From Candidatus Omnitrophota bacterium (GTDB lineage: Bacteria > Omnitrophota > Gorgyraeia > B26-G9), in contig JACQZH010000013.1 of assembly GCA_016213925.1 (NCBI GenBank), forward strand, positions 14,034-78,033: a stretch of 64,000 nt of DNA. The letters are read 5' to 3'. The notes beneath the pieces are model-generated. The model searched no databases. It was not told the DNA's origin and saw nothing but the letters and a program-made list of their open reading frames with translations. This document shows, in pieces, positions 47,722 through 56,270 of this stretch. The stretch's first letter is position 1; each line of letters starts with the position of its first letter. Position numbers and translations under genes: made by a program.

Positions 47722-48639
47722 ATGAGCAAAGTTAAAAAATTGGGTAAAGGCCTTGAGGATATATCGCATTTGTTCTTGTCTTCAGGAGATAAAGAAATTT
47801 CTTTTTCAGGCCAGGAGCAATCTTTATTACTAACACGGACTAAAAGTATCTGTCTTGTCGGTAATGGGGCTAAATTTCATGATTCTTTTCTGGTTATAAA
47901 TCTTGCGCTGGCTTTAGCCCGCTTGGGCATGCGCATTGCTGTGGTAGACGCCGATGAGGATCTTCCTTGTTTAAATTTTCTTCTCGGCAAAGAACAATCT
48001 AATAACGGAATAAATACAAGCGAAGTGTTTATCCAAAAAGGCCCTTTGGGGGTTCAGCTGGTGGGCTTAAATCAGAAGCGTTTAAGCCAGTTTCCCGATG
48101 CTCAAAAACAGGAATATATGCTTGAACAGTTGAGACAGGTGGAAAATGAGGTTGATTTAATAATGGTTAGTATGGCGCGCAGGAATTTACAGGATATGCG
48201 CCGGTTTTTAGAGAATTCTATCAGGGAATTTTTAGTTTTAGTATCTCCTGATAAGGACGATATGCTTTCCGCTTATGCGGTGATAAAGTCAATTTTCAAT
48301 GCGGATATTTTGGCGAAAATAGGCGTGATTATCACAGAGATAAATCATATGTATGAGATCGATGCGGTTTATGATAAGTTATACCAAGCTGTGCAGAAAT
48401 TTTTGGATAAACAGTTATATAAGTACGGATTTCTTTTTAAGATAAATCAGGATGTTGATTCTACGGCAAATATAGCGTCATTCTATGACGCGGATCTTAC
48501 AGCCTGCATTTCTAATATTGCCCAGATTGTTGTTTTAAGGTTGAACCTGGGCAATGAATCATCTGCCGGCGGGGCATTTTTTACGCGTTTATTTAATAAT
48601 TACCGGAGAATTGAAAATAATGGCAACGGTATTTCGTAA
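47722..48639 (+). CDS. FlhG/MinD-like protein with degenerate Walker A, N-terminal ParB-like peptide and C-terminal amphipathic helix
   Basis: NLALALARLGMRIAVVDAD, GP.GV.L, AYAVIKS. The P-loop reads GNGAKFHDS. N-terminus KKLGKGLEDISHLFLS, C-terminus GGAFFTRLF. Confidence 0.75.
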   Translation: MSKVKKLGKGLEDISHLFLSSGDKEISFSGQEQSLLLTRTKSICLVGNGAKFHDSFLVINLALALARLGMRIAVVDADEDLPCLNFLLGKEQSNNGINTSEVFIQKGPLGVQLVGLNQKRLSQFPDAQKQEYMLEQLRQVENEVDLIMVSMARRNLQDMRRFLENSIREFLVLVSPDKDDMLSAYAVIKSIFNADILAKIGVIITEINHMYEIDAVYDKLYQAVQKFLDKQLYKYGFLFKINQDVDSTANIASFYDADLTACISNIAQIVVLRLNLGNESSAGGAFFTRLFNNYRRIENNGNGIS

Positions 48640-49264
48640 ATCTCAAATTGATAAAGAAAAGCTTAGGGAAATTATTTTAAAAAATCCGGATGATTTGTTG
48701 CCGGGTTTAAGTTTTATTGACCAGCAGATTGGTTCTGAAGAATACGGTATTATTGATTTTCTTGGAGTAAACGTTAAGGGCGAGCTGATAATAGTTAATT
48801 TGGGGACAGCTATTAATGAAGGTCTCTTGGTTTCTTCTTTGAGCCAGCTAACTTGGCTTAAAGAAAATAAAAGTCTGCTTAAACGTTTATTTTTTAGCGA
48901 AAATATTGATTTTGATAAAGCTCCTCAAATAGTGCTTGTTGGAAACTGGTTTTCAGAGAGGTTCAAGTTTGCAGTTTTCCAGTTGCCGCGGCAAAATATC
49001 CATTTGATAGAATATAAGTACCTTATCGCGGAAGGTAAAGATGCGATAATTTTCGAAGAAATTGCGGATAAGAATCGCTGTGAGTGCGAGCCAGCCGCTC
49101 CCAGGCAACCGCAAACGGAAAATATTCCGGAGAATAGAGCGCATCTAACTGTCCAATCAAAGGATACTCTTTGGAAATCGCAAAAAGAACTGCTTACCAG
49201 CGAAGAAATAGCTGAATTTTTGGATTTTGACTTCAATCTTGGCGAAGAAAGGCCAGCAGCATAA
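48620..49264 (+). CDS. NucS/EndoMS-like PD-(D/E)xK-fold protein, probably inactive
   Basis: L.GL..IDQQI....G.IDFLGV...GELIIVNLG, with the expected ExK replaced by NLG. Start ATG 48620. Confidence 0.55.
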   Translation: MATVFRKSQIDKEKLREIILKNPDDLLPGLSFIDQQIGSEEYGIIDFLGVNVKGELIIVNLGTAINEGLLVSSLSQLTWLKENKSLLKRLFFSENIDFDKAPQIVLVGNWFSERFKFAVFQLPRQNIHLIEYKYLIAEGKDAIIFEEIADKNRCECEPAAPRQPQTENIPENRAHLTVQSKDTLWKSQKELLTSEEIAEFLDFDFNLGEERPAA

Positions 49265-49310
49265 TGTCCCGGCGCAGGTTGTTCTTAACAGCATATCGTA
49301 TTTTTAAATA

Positions 49311-50087
49311 ATGACTGAAGAAAAGAAACAATTAAAAAGAAAATCCGAATCAGGTTATTATTATAGCCGGTTGATCCCAAAGAACATAATCTGCGCCTTT
49401 ACCACCAGAGAACATGATTACGGCTTGCGTAATGCCGAAAACTTTCATGAGTACAGTAATAATCTTAAGGCGCGTTTAAATTTTTTTAACCGTTTTGGCG
49501 GAAAACCTGAAAATATAGTTTTTTTTGAGCAGGTTCACAAGGCGAATATTTCAGTAGTTGAAAAAAAAGATTGCGGCAGCGGAGTTTTTGATTTTAGAAA
49601 CGCGCTGCGTTCTTCTGATGCCGCGGTTTGCCAAACTGCGGATATTGGCTTATGTATATTAACGGCTGATTGTTTGCCGGTATTCTTTATTGAGCCTAAA
49701 AAAAAGGTTATTGGGATTGCTCATGCCGGATGGCGAGGGACAAATCTTGGCATCTCTGTCCGGACTGTTAAAGTAATGGTAAATAATTTTCAGGCTGATC
49801 CAAATAATATAGAAGTGTATTTTGGCCCTGGAATACGCGTGTGTTGTTATGAAGTAGGCAGGGAGCTCTTACCGTTTTTTCCTGAACAGATTAAAAAGCG
49901 AGGGAAACGTTTTTACCTGGATCTGGTAAAGGCAAATATTACAAGGTTGAAAAAGGCAGGTATTAAAACAGAAAATATATTTGATGCAGGCATCTGCACA
50001 AAGTGTAATAACGATAAGTTTTTTTCTTTTCGCGCAGGAGATACTTATAAAAGGATGATGAGCCTAATCATGATAAAAAACAAATAG
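49311..50087 (+). CDS. pgeF: Peptidoglycan editing factor / purine nucleoside phosphorylase PgeF (YfiH)
   Basis: FTTR, QVH, TADCLPV, HAGWRG, GPGI..CCYEV, CT.C..FFSFR. Confidence 0.93.
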   Translation: MTEEKKQLKRKSESGYYYSRLIPKNIICAFTTREHDYGLRNAENFHEYSNNLKARLNFFNRFGGKPENIVFFEQVHKANISVVEKKDCGSGVFDFRNALRSSDAAVCQTADIGLCILTADCLPVFFIEPKKKVIGIAHAGWRGTNLGISVRTVKVMVNNFQADPNNIEVYFGPGIRVCCYEVGRELLPFFPEQIKKRGKRFYLDLVKANITRLKKAGIKTENIFDAGICTKCNNDKFFSFRAGDTYKRMMSLIMIKNK

Positions 50088-50154
50088 TTAGCAGTAATCA
50101 ACCTTTTGCGCGCCATTGCGAAAAAAGAAGATAGTGCGCTGTAGAAATATCTCC

Positions 50155-50183
50155 TTGACTTTTATTAATAAAAGTAGTAATGT
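50155..50183 (+). promoter_or_regulatory. Promoter with a perfect 18-bp palindrome
   Basis: TTGACT (50155-60), 17 bp, TAATGT (50178-83). Palindrome ACTTTTATTAATAAAAGT (50158-75). Confidence 0.6.
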
Positions 50184-50243
50184 TAAGGGCACGGTAAATT
50201 TTAGAATGTAATAAATAATTGCTGATTTTAGCCATGAATAATT

Positions 50244-51686
50244 ATGAAGAAAATAAAAAAAACTGTTAATAAATCCAATAAGCTGCAACATTTTAAAACA
50301 GGGTTTCCTGAAAAGACAGAAATAATTTTAAGAAAAACACAGCAGAGGAAAGTTACCCCGACTACAAAAAAATTAGGCAAAGGGCTTGAAGATATATCTT
50401 ATTTATTTTTATCCGGTTCGGATAAAAATAAACAAGCTGGGAGACAGCCAGTATCCAGCCGTTCGACAGTTAAAAAAATTGCGCCAAAGACTGAAAAAAC
50501 TTCTGTAAGAACTTTGGAATCGGCTTCTGTGAAAAAAACTAAAAAAGTTTCTGCCAAGGCTCCTGCGGTTAAGGCGAAGATAAAAACAAAAGCCCGGATA
50601 AATAAAACAGAACCTATAATAATAAGTAGAAAAACAGGGGTGATAACAATGGATAAAATTCAAAAAAACGGCTCAACACAAAAAAATAATGTTGAAGCTA
50701 AAAAAGTATCAAAAACCGAGGAAAAGAAAAGCTTGGAAACTCTAAAGAAGAAAACATCCAGGCTGGGTTCAATCAGCGAATTAAAAACATTATTCAAGAA
50801 AAAAATATCGCAGCCTGTGCCGGAAAATATCCAGCAGGAACAGGTAATTGAGGAAAGTAAATTTTTTGTCGGGCCGGCGGTATCTGAGTTGCAAAAACAG
50901 GAAATACAGGCGAGTGATATCCCTTCCGGGTACGGCGACAATCGTATTGTTATTCAGGTAAGAGATCCTTACTGGTTGCATTCTTATTGGGAAATTACAG
51001 CGGAGAAAATAAACTCTTTAAGAAATGAAATAGGCGATGTCATTGATTCTGCCAAAAGGATATTGAGAATTTATGATATTACAAATGTTGTATTTGACGG
51101 TTCCAACGCGAATAAATTTTTTGATATTGAAATAAATAATCATGCCAATAACTGGTATATTCATACCGGAGAAGCTGGGCGCGGCTATTGCGTCGATATC
51201 GGGCTGATACTGCCTGATGGGCGGTTTATTCTTTTAGCTAGGTCGAATTGTGTTGCTACCCCGATAGACGGGCCAAGCTGGATTACAGATGAAGAATGGA
51301 TGGTTATAGAAGATGATTTTAACCGCTTGTACGGTTTATCCGCAGGTTTGGGTATTGGGTTAAGCTCCATGGAATTAAGGAAACAGATAAAGGAAAAGAT
51401 GAAACATATCTCTTCCGGTATGGTTTCGTCTGCGGGCTTGGCCAGGAAAGCCGCTGAACGAAAATTTTGGCTTGTGGTAAATACCGAATTGATAGTATAT
51501 GGCGCGACTGAGCCGGATGCAAGTGTTTCCATCCAGGGCAGGCCAATAAAATTAAATGCGGATGGCACATTTAGTATTCGTTTTGCGTTACCTGATGGAG
51601 AGCAGGTAATACCTGTTAAAGCTGTTTCCGCAGATGGCTTTGAGGAAAGGGTTATTACTCCGGAAGTGCAGAAAAAAACCACATAA
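50244..51686 (+). CDS. DUF4912 domain protein with a Lys-rich N-terminus, ParB-like peptide and C-terminal Ig-like domain
   Basis: YG..RIV.QVRDPYWLHSYWEI, LRIYDIT, NWYI, LARSN. C-terminus FWLVVNTELIVYGATEPDA.V.I.G....DGTFS.RF.LPDG. Confidence 0.82.
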   Translation: MKKIKKTVNKSNKLQHFKTGFPEKTEIILRKTQQRKVTPTTKKLGKGLEDISYLFLSGSDKNKQAGRQPVSSRSTVKKIAPKTEKTSVRTLESASVKKTKKVSAKAPAVKAKIKTKARINKTEPIIISRKTGVITMDKIQKNGSTQKNNVEAKKVSKTEEKKSLETLKKKTSRLGSISELKTLFKKKISQPVPENIQQEQVIEESKFFVGPAVSELQKQEIQASDIPSGYGDNRIVIQVRDPYWLHSYWEITAEKINSLRNEIGDVIDSAKRILRIYDITNVVFDGSNANKFFDIEINNHANNWYIHTGEAGRGYCVDIGLILPDGRFILLARSNCVATPIDGPSWITDEEWMVIEDDFNRLYGLSAGLGIGLSSMELRKQIKEKMKHISSGMVSSAGLARKAAERKFWLVVNTELIVYGATEPDASVSIQGRPIKLNADGTFSIRFALPDGEQVIPVKAVSADGFEERVITPEVQKKTT

Positions 51687-51722
51687 TTTTTAATTTTTTT
51701 TCCATAAGCTTAGTAAAAAAAT

Positions 51723-51761
51723 AACGCTGGAATTTTTTTTAAAGTATATTCCGGCGTTTTT
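51723..51761 (+). terminator. Intrinsic terminator after the DUF4912 gene
   Basis: AACGCTGGAAT / ATTCCGGCGTT stem with one G-U pair, a T-run after and an A-run before. Confidence 0.65.
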
Positions 51762-51784
51762 CATTGTTTCCATTGTTAAATATC

Positions 51785-51817
51785 TTGAATTATGAAAATT
51801 AGTATGTTAAACTAATT
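51785..51817 (+). promoter_or_regulatory. Putative promoter of the GH57 gene with a 7-7-7 inverted repeat
   Basis: TTGAAT (51785-90), 17 bp, TGn-TAAACT (51808-13). AATTAGT (51797-803) / ACTAATT (51811-17). Confidence 0.5.
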
Positions 51818-51891
51818 ACATTATTTTTCTGACTGATCCAGAGTTTTTGGAAAACTATTATAAAATGAGTGTTTTAAAAAGGAAAAACAAA

Positions 51892-53472
51892 ATGGAAAAA
51901 GGATATCTTTGTATTGTTTTACATGGGCACTTACCGTTTGTACGGCATCCCGAACATGAAAATTTTTTGGAAGAGGAATGGTTATATGAAGCAATTACCG
52001 AAACATATATTCCTTTATTAGTAATGTTCGAGCGCTTGTTAGCGGATAATGTTGATTTCCGTGTAACGATAGGATTGTCTCCGACTTTGATTTCCATGTT
52101 AATGGATTCTTTGTTGCAGCAACGTTATATGCGCCATATAGATAAATTGATCGAATTGGCCAGCCGGGAAGTCGAACGTACGCGCTGGCAGCCTGAATTC
52201 AATAAACTTGCGTTAATGTATCTTAGTAAGCTGAATCTTGCCAGGTATACATTTGCTGAAAAATATCATCGCAATATCGTTGAAGGATTTAAGAGAGTTC
52301 AAGATGCTGGAAAACTGGAAATTATGACTTGCGGGGCAACGCACGGTTATTTTCCGCTTATGGATGTTACTAAGGCTTCAATTCGCGCGCAGGTACGTGT
52401 TGCTGTAAATCAGTATAAAAGTGTTTTTGGCCGAAACCCAAGGGGTATTTGGCTTCCGGAATGCGGTTATCAGCCTGGAGATGATGAAATCCTTAAGGAT
52501 TGCGGGTTAAGATATTTTTTCGGAGATACACATGCTGTACTGCATGGTGTCCCTCGTCCCAAATATGGGGTTTTTGCTCCGGTTTATTGTAAATCCGGAG
52601 TCGCTTGTTTTGGCCGTGATGTGGAATCTTCAAAGCAGGTTTGGAGCGCAGCTCAAGGGTATCCTGGTGATTATAACTACCGTGAGTTTTATCGTGATAT
52701 TGGCTTTGATCTGGATTTTGATTATATAAAGCCATATATACATCCGGATGGGATAAGGACTAATACCGGAATAAAATATTACCGGATTACCGGTAAAACA
52801 GACCATAAGCAGCCTTATGTTCCGGAAATAGCAATGGAAACAGCAGCTAGTCATGCCGCCAATTTTATGTTTAACCGGGAAAAACAAGTTGAATATGTAT
52901 ACGGCCTGATAAAAAAAAGGCCGATTATAGTTTCTCCTTATGACGCAGAACTATTCGGGCATTGGTGGTATGAAGGCCCGGAATGGCTGGATTTTCTTAT
53001 CCGGAAGATAGCTTATGACCAGAAAACAATTAAACTTATTAACCCTTCTGAATATCTGGAACGTTATCCGCGTAATCAGGTGATTACTCCTTCTTTATCG
53101 AGTTGGGGGTGGAAGGGGTATTCAGAGTTTTGGCTGGAAGGTTCTAATGACTGGATTTACCGTCATTTACATAAGGCATCTGAACGCATGAATAGGTTAA
53201 CTCAATTATATCCGCAGGCGCAAGGTGTGTTGGTACGTGCTTTAAACCAGGCTTTAAGAGAACTATTGCTGGCGCAAAGTTCCGATTGGGCGTTTATTAT
53301 GAAGACAGGCACGCATGTATCATACGCAGTTGAAAGGACGAAAAATCATCTGCTTAATTTTACAAAACTCTATTACCAGATCAGAAAAAATTCTATTGAT
53401 GAACCTTGGATGGCTAAACTAGAGAGCACAAACAATATTTTTCCTGATATTGATTACAAATTTCATATGTAA
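51892..53472 (+). CDS. GH57 1,4-alpha-glucan branching enzyme (DUF1957 C-terminus)
   Basis: HGHLP, ETYIP, GIWLPEC (nucleophile), PYDAELFGHWWYEG (acid/base), LLAQSSDWAF. Start ATG 51892. Confidence 0.92.
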   Translation: MEKGYLCIVLHGHLPFVRHPEHENFLEEEWLYEAITETYIPLLVMFERLLADNVDFRVTIGLSPTLISMLMDSLLQQRYMRHIDKLIELASREVERTRWQPEFNKLALMYLSKLNLARYTFAEKYHRNIVEGFKRVQDAGKLEIMTCGATHGYFPLMDVTKASIRAQVRVAVNQYKSVFGRNPRGIWLPECGYQPGDDEILKDCGLRYFFGDTHAVLHGVPRPKYGVFAPVYCKSGVACFGRDVESSKQVWSAAQGYPGDYNYREFYRDIGFDLDFDYIKPYIHPDGIRTNTGIKYYRITGKTDHKQPYVPEIAMETAASHAANFMFNREKQVEYVYGLIKKRPIIVSPYDAELFGHWWYEGPEWLDFLIRKIAYDQKTIKLINPSEYLERYPRNQVITPSLSSWGWKGYSEFWLEGSNDWIYRHLHKASERMNRLTQLYPQAQGVLVRALNQALRELLLAQSSDWAFIMKTGTHVSYAVERTKNHLLNFTKLYYQIRKNSIDEPWMAKLESTNNIFPDIDYKFHM

Positions 53473-53524
53473 TAAATTTGAAGTACTGTTTAGGCAGGTA
53501 ATAATCCGCACAGAGTATAACTAA

Positions 53525-54250
53525 ATGCATGCAAAAGAGAAAATCCCCGAACATATAGCGATAATTATGGATGGCAATGGCCGCTGGGCGAATAAAAAAG
53601 GATTACCGCGGATTGCCGGGCACAGGCAGGGTGCTAAGGTTATCAAGTCGATTGTTAAACAAGCCGATGCCGTGGGTGTTAAGTTCTTGACCCTATATAC
53701 TTTTTCTACGGAGAACTGGAAAAGGCCGCAAGCTGAAGTTAATTTTCTTATGCAGCTTCTAAGTGTGTATTTAAAAAAAGAGCTAAACCATCTTAAGGGA
53801 AAAAATGTCCGGTTTCTGACAATTGGCATGATTGAAGCGTTGCCTAAGCTGGCGCGGGATATTTTAAATAAGGCAAAATTAGAAACGCGGGAGAATACCG
53901 GGTTAACGCTTATCTTAGCGCTTAATTATGGAGCACGCAGTGAGATTTTACAGGCTGCGTTATCTTTGCATGAGGATATTGAGAAAGGAAAGATTGATAA
54001 AAAATCAGTTTCAGAAATGGATTTTTCGAAGTACCTTTATACCTCCGGAATTCCAGATCCCGAATTGTTAATCCGGACCAGCGGAGAAAAGCGGTTGAGT
54101 AATTTTCTTCTCTGGCAGCTTTCTTACAGCGAAATATACATTACCGATAGATTTTGGCCGGATTTTGATAAGGATGAGTTTAACAGGGCTATTGAAGATT
54201 TTCAAAATAGGAAACGCCGGTTTGGGGACGTTAGAGAAACCAAAAGTTAA
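53525..54250 (+). CDS. uppS: Undecaprenyl pyrophosphate synthase
   Basis: HIAIIMDGNGRWA, FSTENWKRP, IRTSGEKRLSNFLLWQ. Confidence 0.97.
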   Translation: MHAKEKIPEHIAIIMDGNGRWANKKGLPRIAGHRQGAKVIKSIVKQADAVGVKFLTLYTFSTENWKRPQAEVNFLMQLLSVYLKKELNHLKGKNVRFLTIGMIEALPKLARDILNKAKLETRENTGLTLILALNYGARSEILQAALSLHEDIEKGKIDKKSVSEMDFSKYLYTSGIPDPELLIRTSGEKRLSNFLLWQLSYSEIYITDRFWPDFDKDEFNRAIEDFQNRKRRFGDVRETKS

Positions 54251-54296
54251 AGGCCAAAAGCTAAAAACTAATTAAATATAAGGGAATAAGAAATTT

Positions 54297-55115
54297 ATGG
54301 CAAGCGCGGAGTTAGAAAGGAGAGCGGTTACTGCTGTTAGCGTTATATTATTTGTGATTTTCGGGATATTTATTATGCCGGAATGGTTTTTTGCCGCTGT
54401 GGTAACTTTTCTTATCGGCATGGGCTTATATGAATTCTACGGCTTGATCGAAAAAAAAGGTATTTTTATATATAAATATATCGGGATATTAATAGGCATT
54501 TTGATTCCAGTGAGTATTTATGCTAAATTTGAACCGACTAAAGGCTGGGAATTATTTTTTATCGCGGCAGTGACTTTATTGTTTTTTGTCTTGCAGTTTA
54601 TTCGTAAGGATAGCTCACAAGCTATTGTAGGGATTTCTACTACTATGTTCGGGATTTTCTATGTAAGCTGGTTTTTTTCTTTTTTGATCAAGATAAGGTT
54701 CATGCCGCAAGGGAAATTGCTTGCGGCTTTTCTGCTTTTGGTGACCAAAATGGGAGATATCGGCGCGTATATTATCGGTGCGAATTTTGGTAAAAATCCG
54801 CTGATTACGCGAATAAGCCCAAAAAAGACATTTGAAGGCGCGTTAGGAGGGCTTATTTTTAGTGTTAGCGCTGCTTTTATAAGTAAATTATACCTGGGGT
54901 TTATTCCGCTTTTCCATTTATTGGCAATGGGTGTGCTTATTGGTTTTCTTTCTCAAGTAGGCGATCTTTGCGAATCGCTGATTAAAAGAGATTGCGGAGT
55001 AAAAGATAGCGGCGCATATCTTCCTGAATTGGGGGGGATTTTGGATATTATTGACAGTATTATTTTTGCCAGCCCGTTTTTTTATTTTTATTTGATACAT
55101 TTTAATTTAATTTAA
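54297..55115 (+). CDS. cdsA: Phosphatidate cytidylyltransferase
   Basis: DIGAY, ISPKKTFEG, GDLCESLIKRDCGVKDSG, located between uppS and dxr. Confidence 0.95.
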   Translation: MASAELERRAVTAVSVILFVIFGIFIMPEWFFAAVVTFLIGMGLYEFYGLIEKKGIFIYKYIGILIGILIPVSIYAKFEPTKGWELFFIAAVTLLFFVLQFIRKDSSQAIVGISTTMFGIFYVSWFFSFLIKIRFMPQGKLLAAFLLLVTKMGDIGAYIIGANFGKNPLITRISPKKTFEGALGGLIFSVSAAFISKLYLGFIPLFHLLAMGVLIGFLSQVGDLCESLIKRDCGVKDSGAYLPELGGILDIIDSIIFASPFFYFYLIHFNLI

Positions 55116-55124
55116 GTAAGAAGT

Positions 55125-56270
55125 ATGAAGAAAATCGCAATTTTAGGTTCAACCGGATCTATTGGCACAAATACGCTGCGAGTGGTAGAACAAAGGCCTG
55201 ACGATTTTCAGGTAATTGGCTTAAGCGCGTATCGTAATATATGTTTGCTTTCCGAACAGATAAAACGGTTTCGTCCGAAGATAGTTAGTGTTAAGGATGA
55301 AAGCGCGATTAAGGAACTCAATAATTTAGCGGATCTTTCGGGGGTGGATGTGTTTACGCAGGATGATGGCCTGATTAAAATAGCCACGGAAAAACAAGTT
55401 CAGACTTTAGTAGTGGCGACTTCCGGAATAATCAGCCTTATTCCGACATTATTAGCCATAGAACAAGGTAAATGTATTGCTTTAGCTAATAAAGAGCCTT
55501 TGGTTATGGCTGGTAAAGTGGTCATGGAAAAACTTAAAAAACATAAAGGGCAAATTATCCCGGTAGATTCTGAACATAGCGCGATATTTCAGTGTATCGG
55601 TAAAGAAAATATAAATTCGGTTAAACGTATCTATCTTACCGGAAGCGGGGGCCCGTTTCGAATGGCGACAATTAAGCAATTGAAAGCAGCTAAAGCAAGC
55701 AGTGCTTTGCGTCATCCTAAATGGAAGATGGGCAAGAAGATCACAATAGATTCAGCGACTTTAATGAACAAGGGGCTTGAGCTTATTGAAGCTTCCTGGC
55801 TTTTTAATATTGCTCCGGAGAATATAGAAATATTGATACATCCTGAAGCAATTATTCATTCCATGGTTGAATTTAACGATTGTTCGGTCATTGCCCAGCT
55901 GGGGATTACTGATATGCGCCTGCCGATTCAATACGCGCTGGATTATCCAAAACGTATTGCGAATGATCTTAATTCAGTTGATTTTTTTAAAATGAAGGCG
56001 CTTACTTTTTACAAAGCGGATGAAAAAAAATTCCCCTGCCTGGCGATTGCTAAAAAAGTTGCTGAAAAAGGAGGAAGCGGCGGATGTGTAATGAATGCGG
56101 CAAACGAGGTTGCGGTTGAAGTATTTTTGAATAATAAAATTGGTTTTATGGATATTCCCAAGGTGATTGACAAAGTCCTTAAAAAACATAAGTTTATTAC
56201 AAACCCCAGCTTGGATGAGATTCTTTCTTCAGATCAATGGGCGCGAAAGGAGGCTAGGTTATTTTGTTAG
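55125..56270 (+). CDS. dxr: 1-deoxy-D-xylulose 5-phosphate reductoisomerase
   Basis: LGSTGSIG, LANKE, PVDSEH, HPKWKMG.KITIDSAT.MNKGLE. Confidence 0.97.
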   Translation: MKKIAILGSTGSIGTNTLRVVEQRPDDFQVIGLSAYRNICLLSEQIKRFRPKIVSVKDESAIKELNNLADLSGVDVFTQDDGLIKIATEKQVQTLVVATSGIISLIPTLLAIEQGKCIALANKEPLVMAGKVVMEKLKKHKGQIIPVDSEHSAIFQCIGKENINSVKRIYLTGSGGPFRMATIKQLKAAKASSALRHPKWKMGKKITIDSATLMNKGLELIEASWLFNIAPENIEILIHPEAIIHSMVEFNDCSVIAQLGITDMRLPIQYALDYPKRIANDLNSVDFFKMKALTFYKADEKKFPCLAIAKKVAEKGGSGGCVMNAANEVAVEVFLNNKIGFMDIPKVIDKVLKKHKFITNPSLDEILSSDQWARKEARLFC

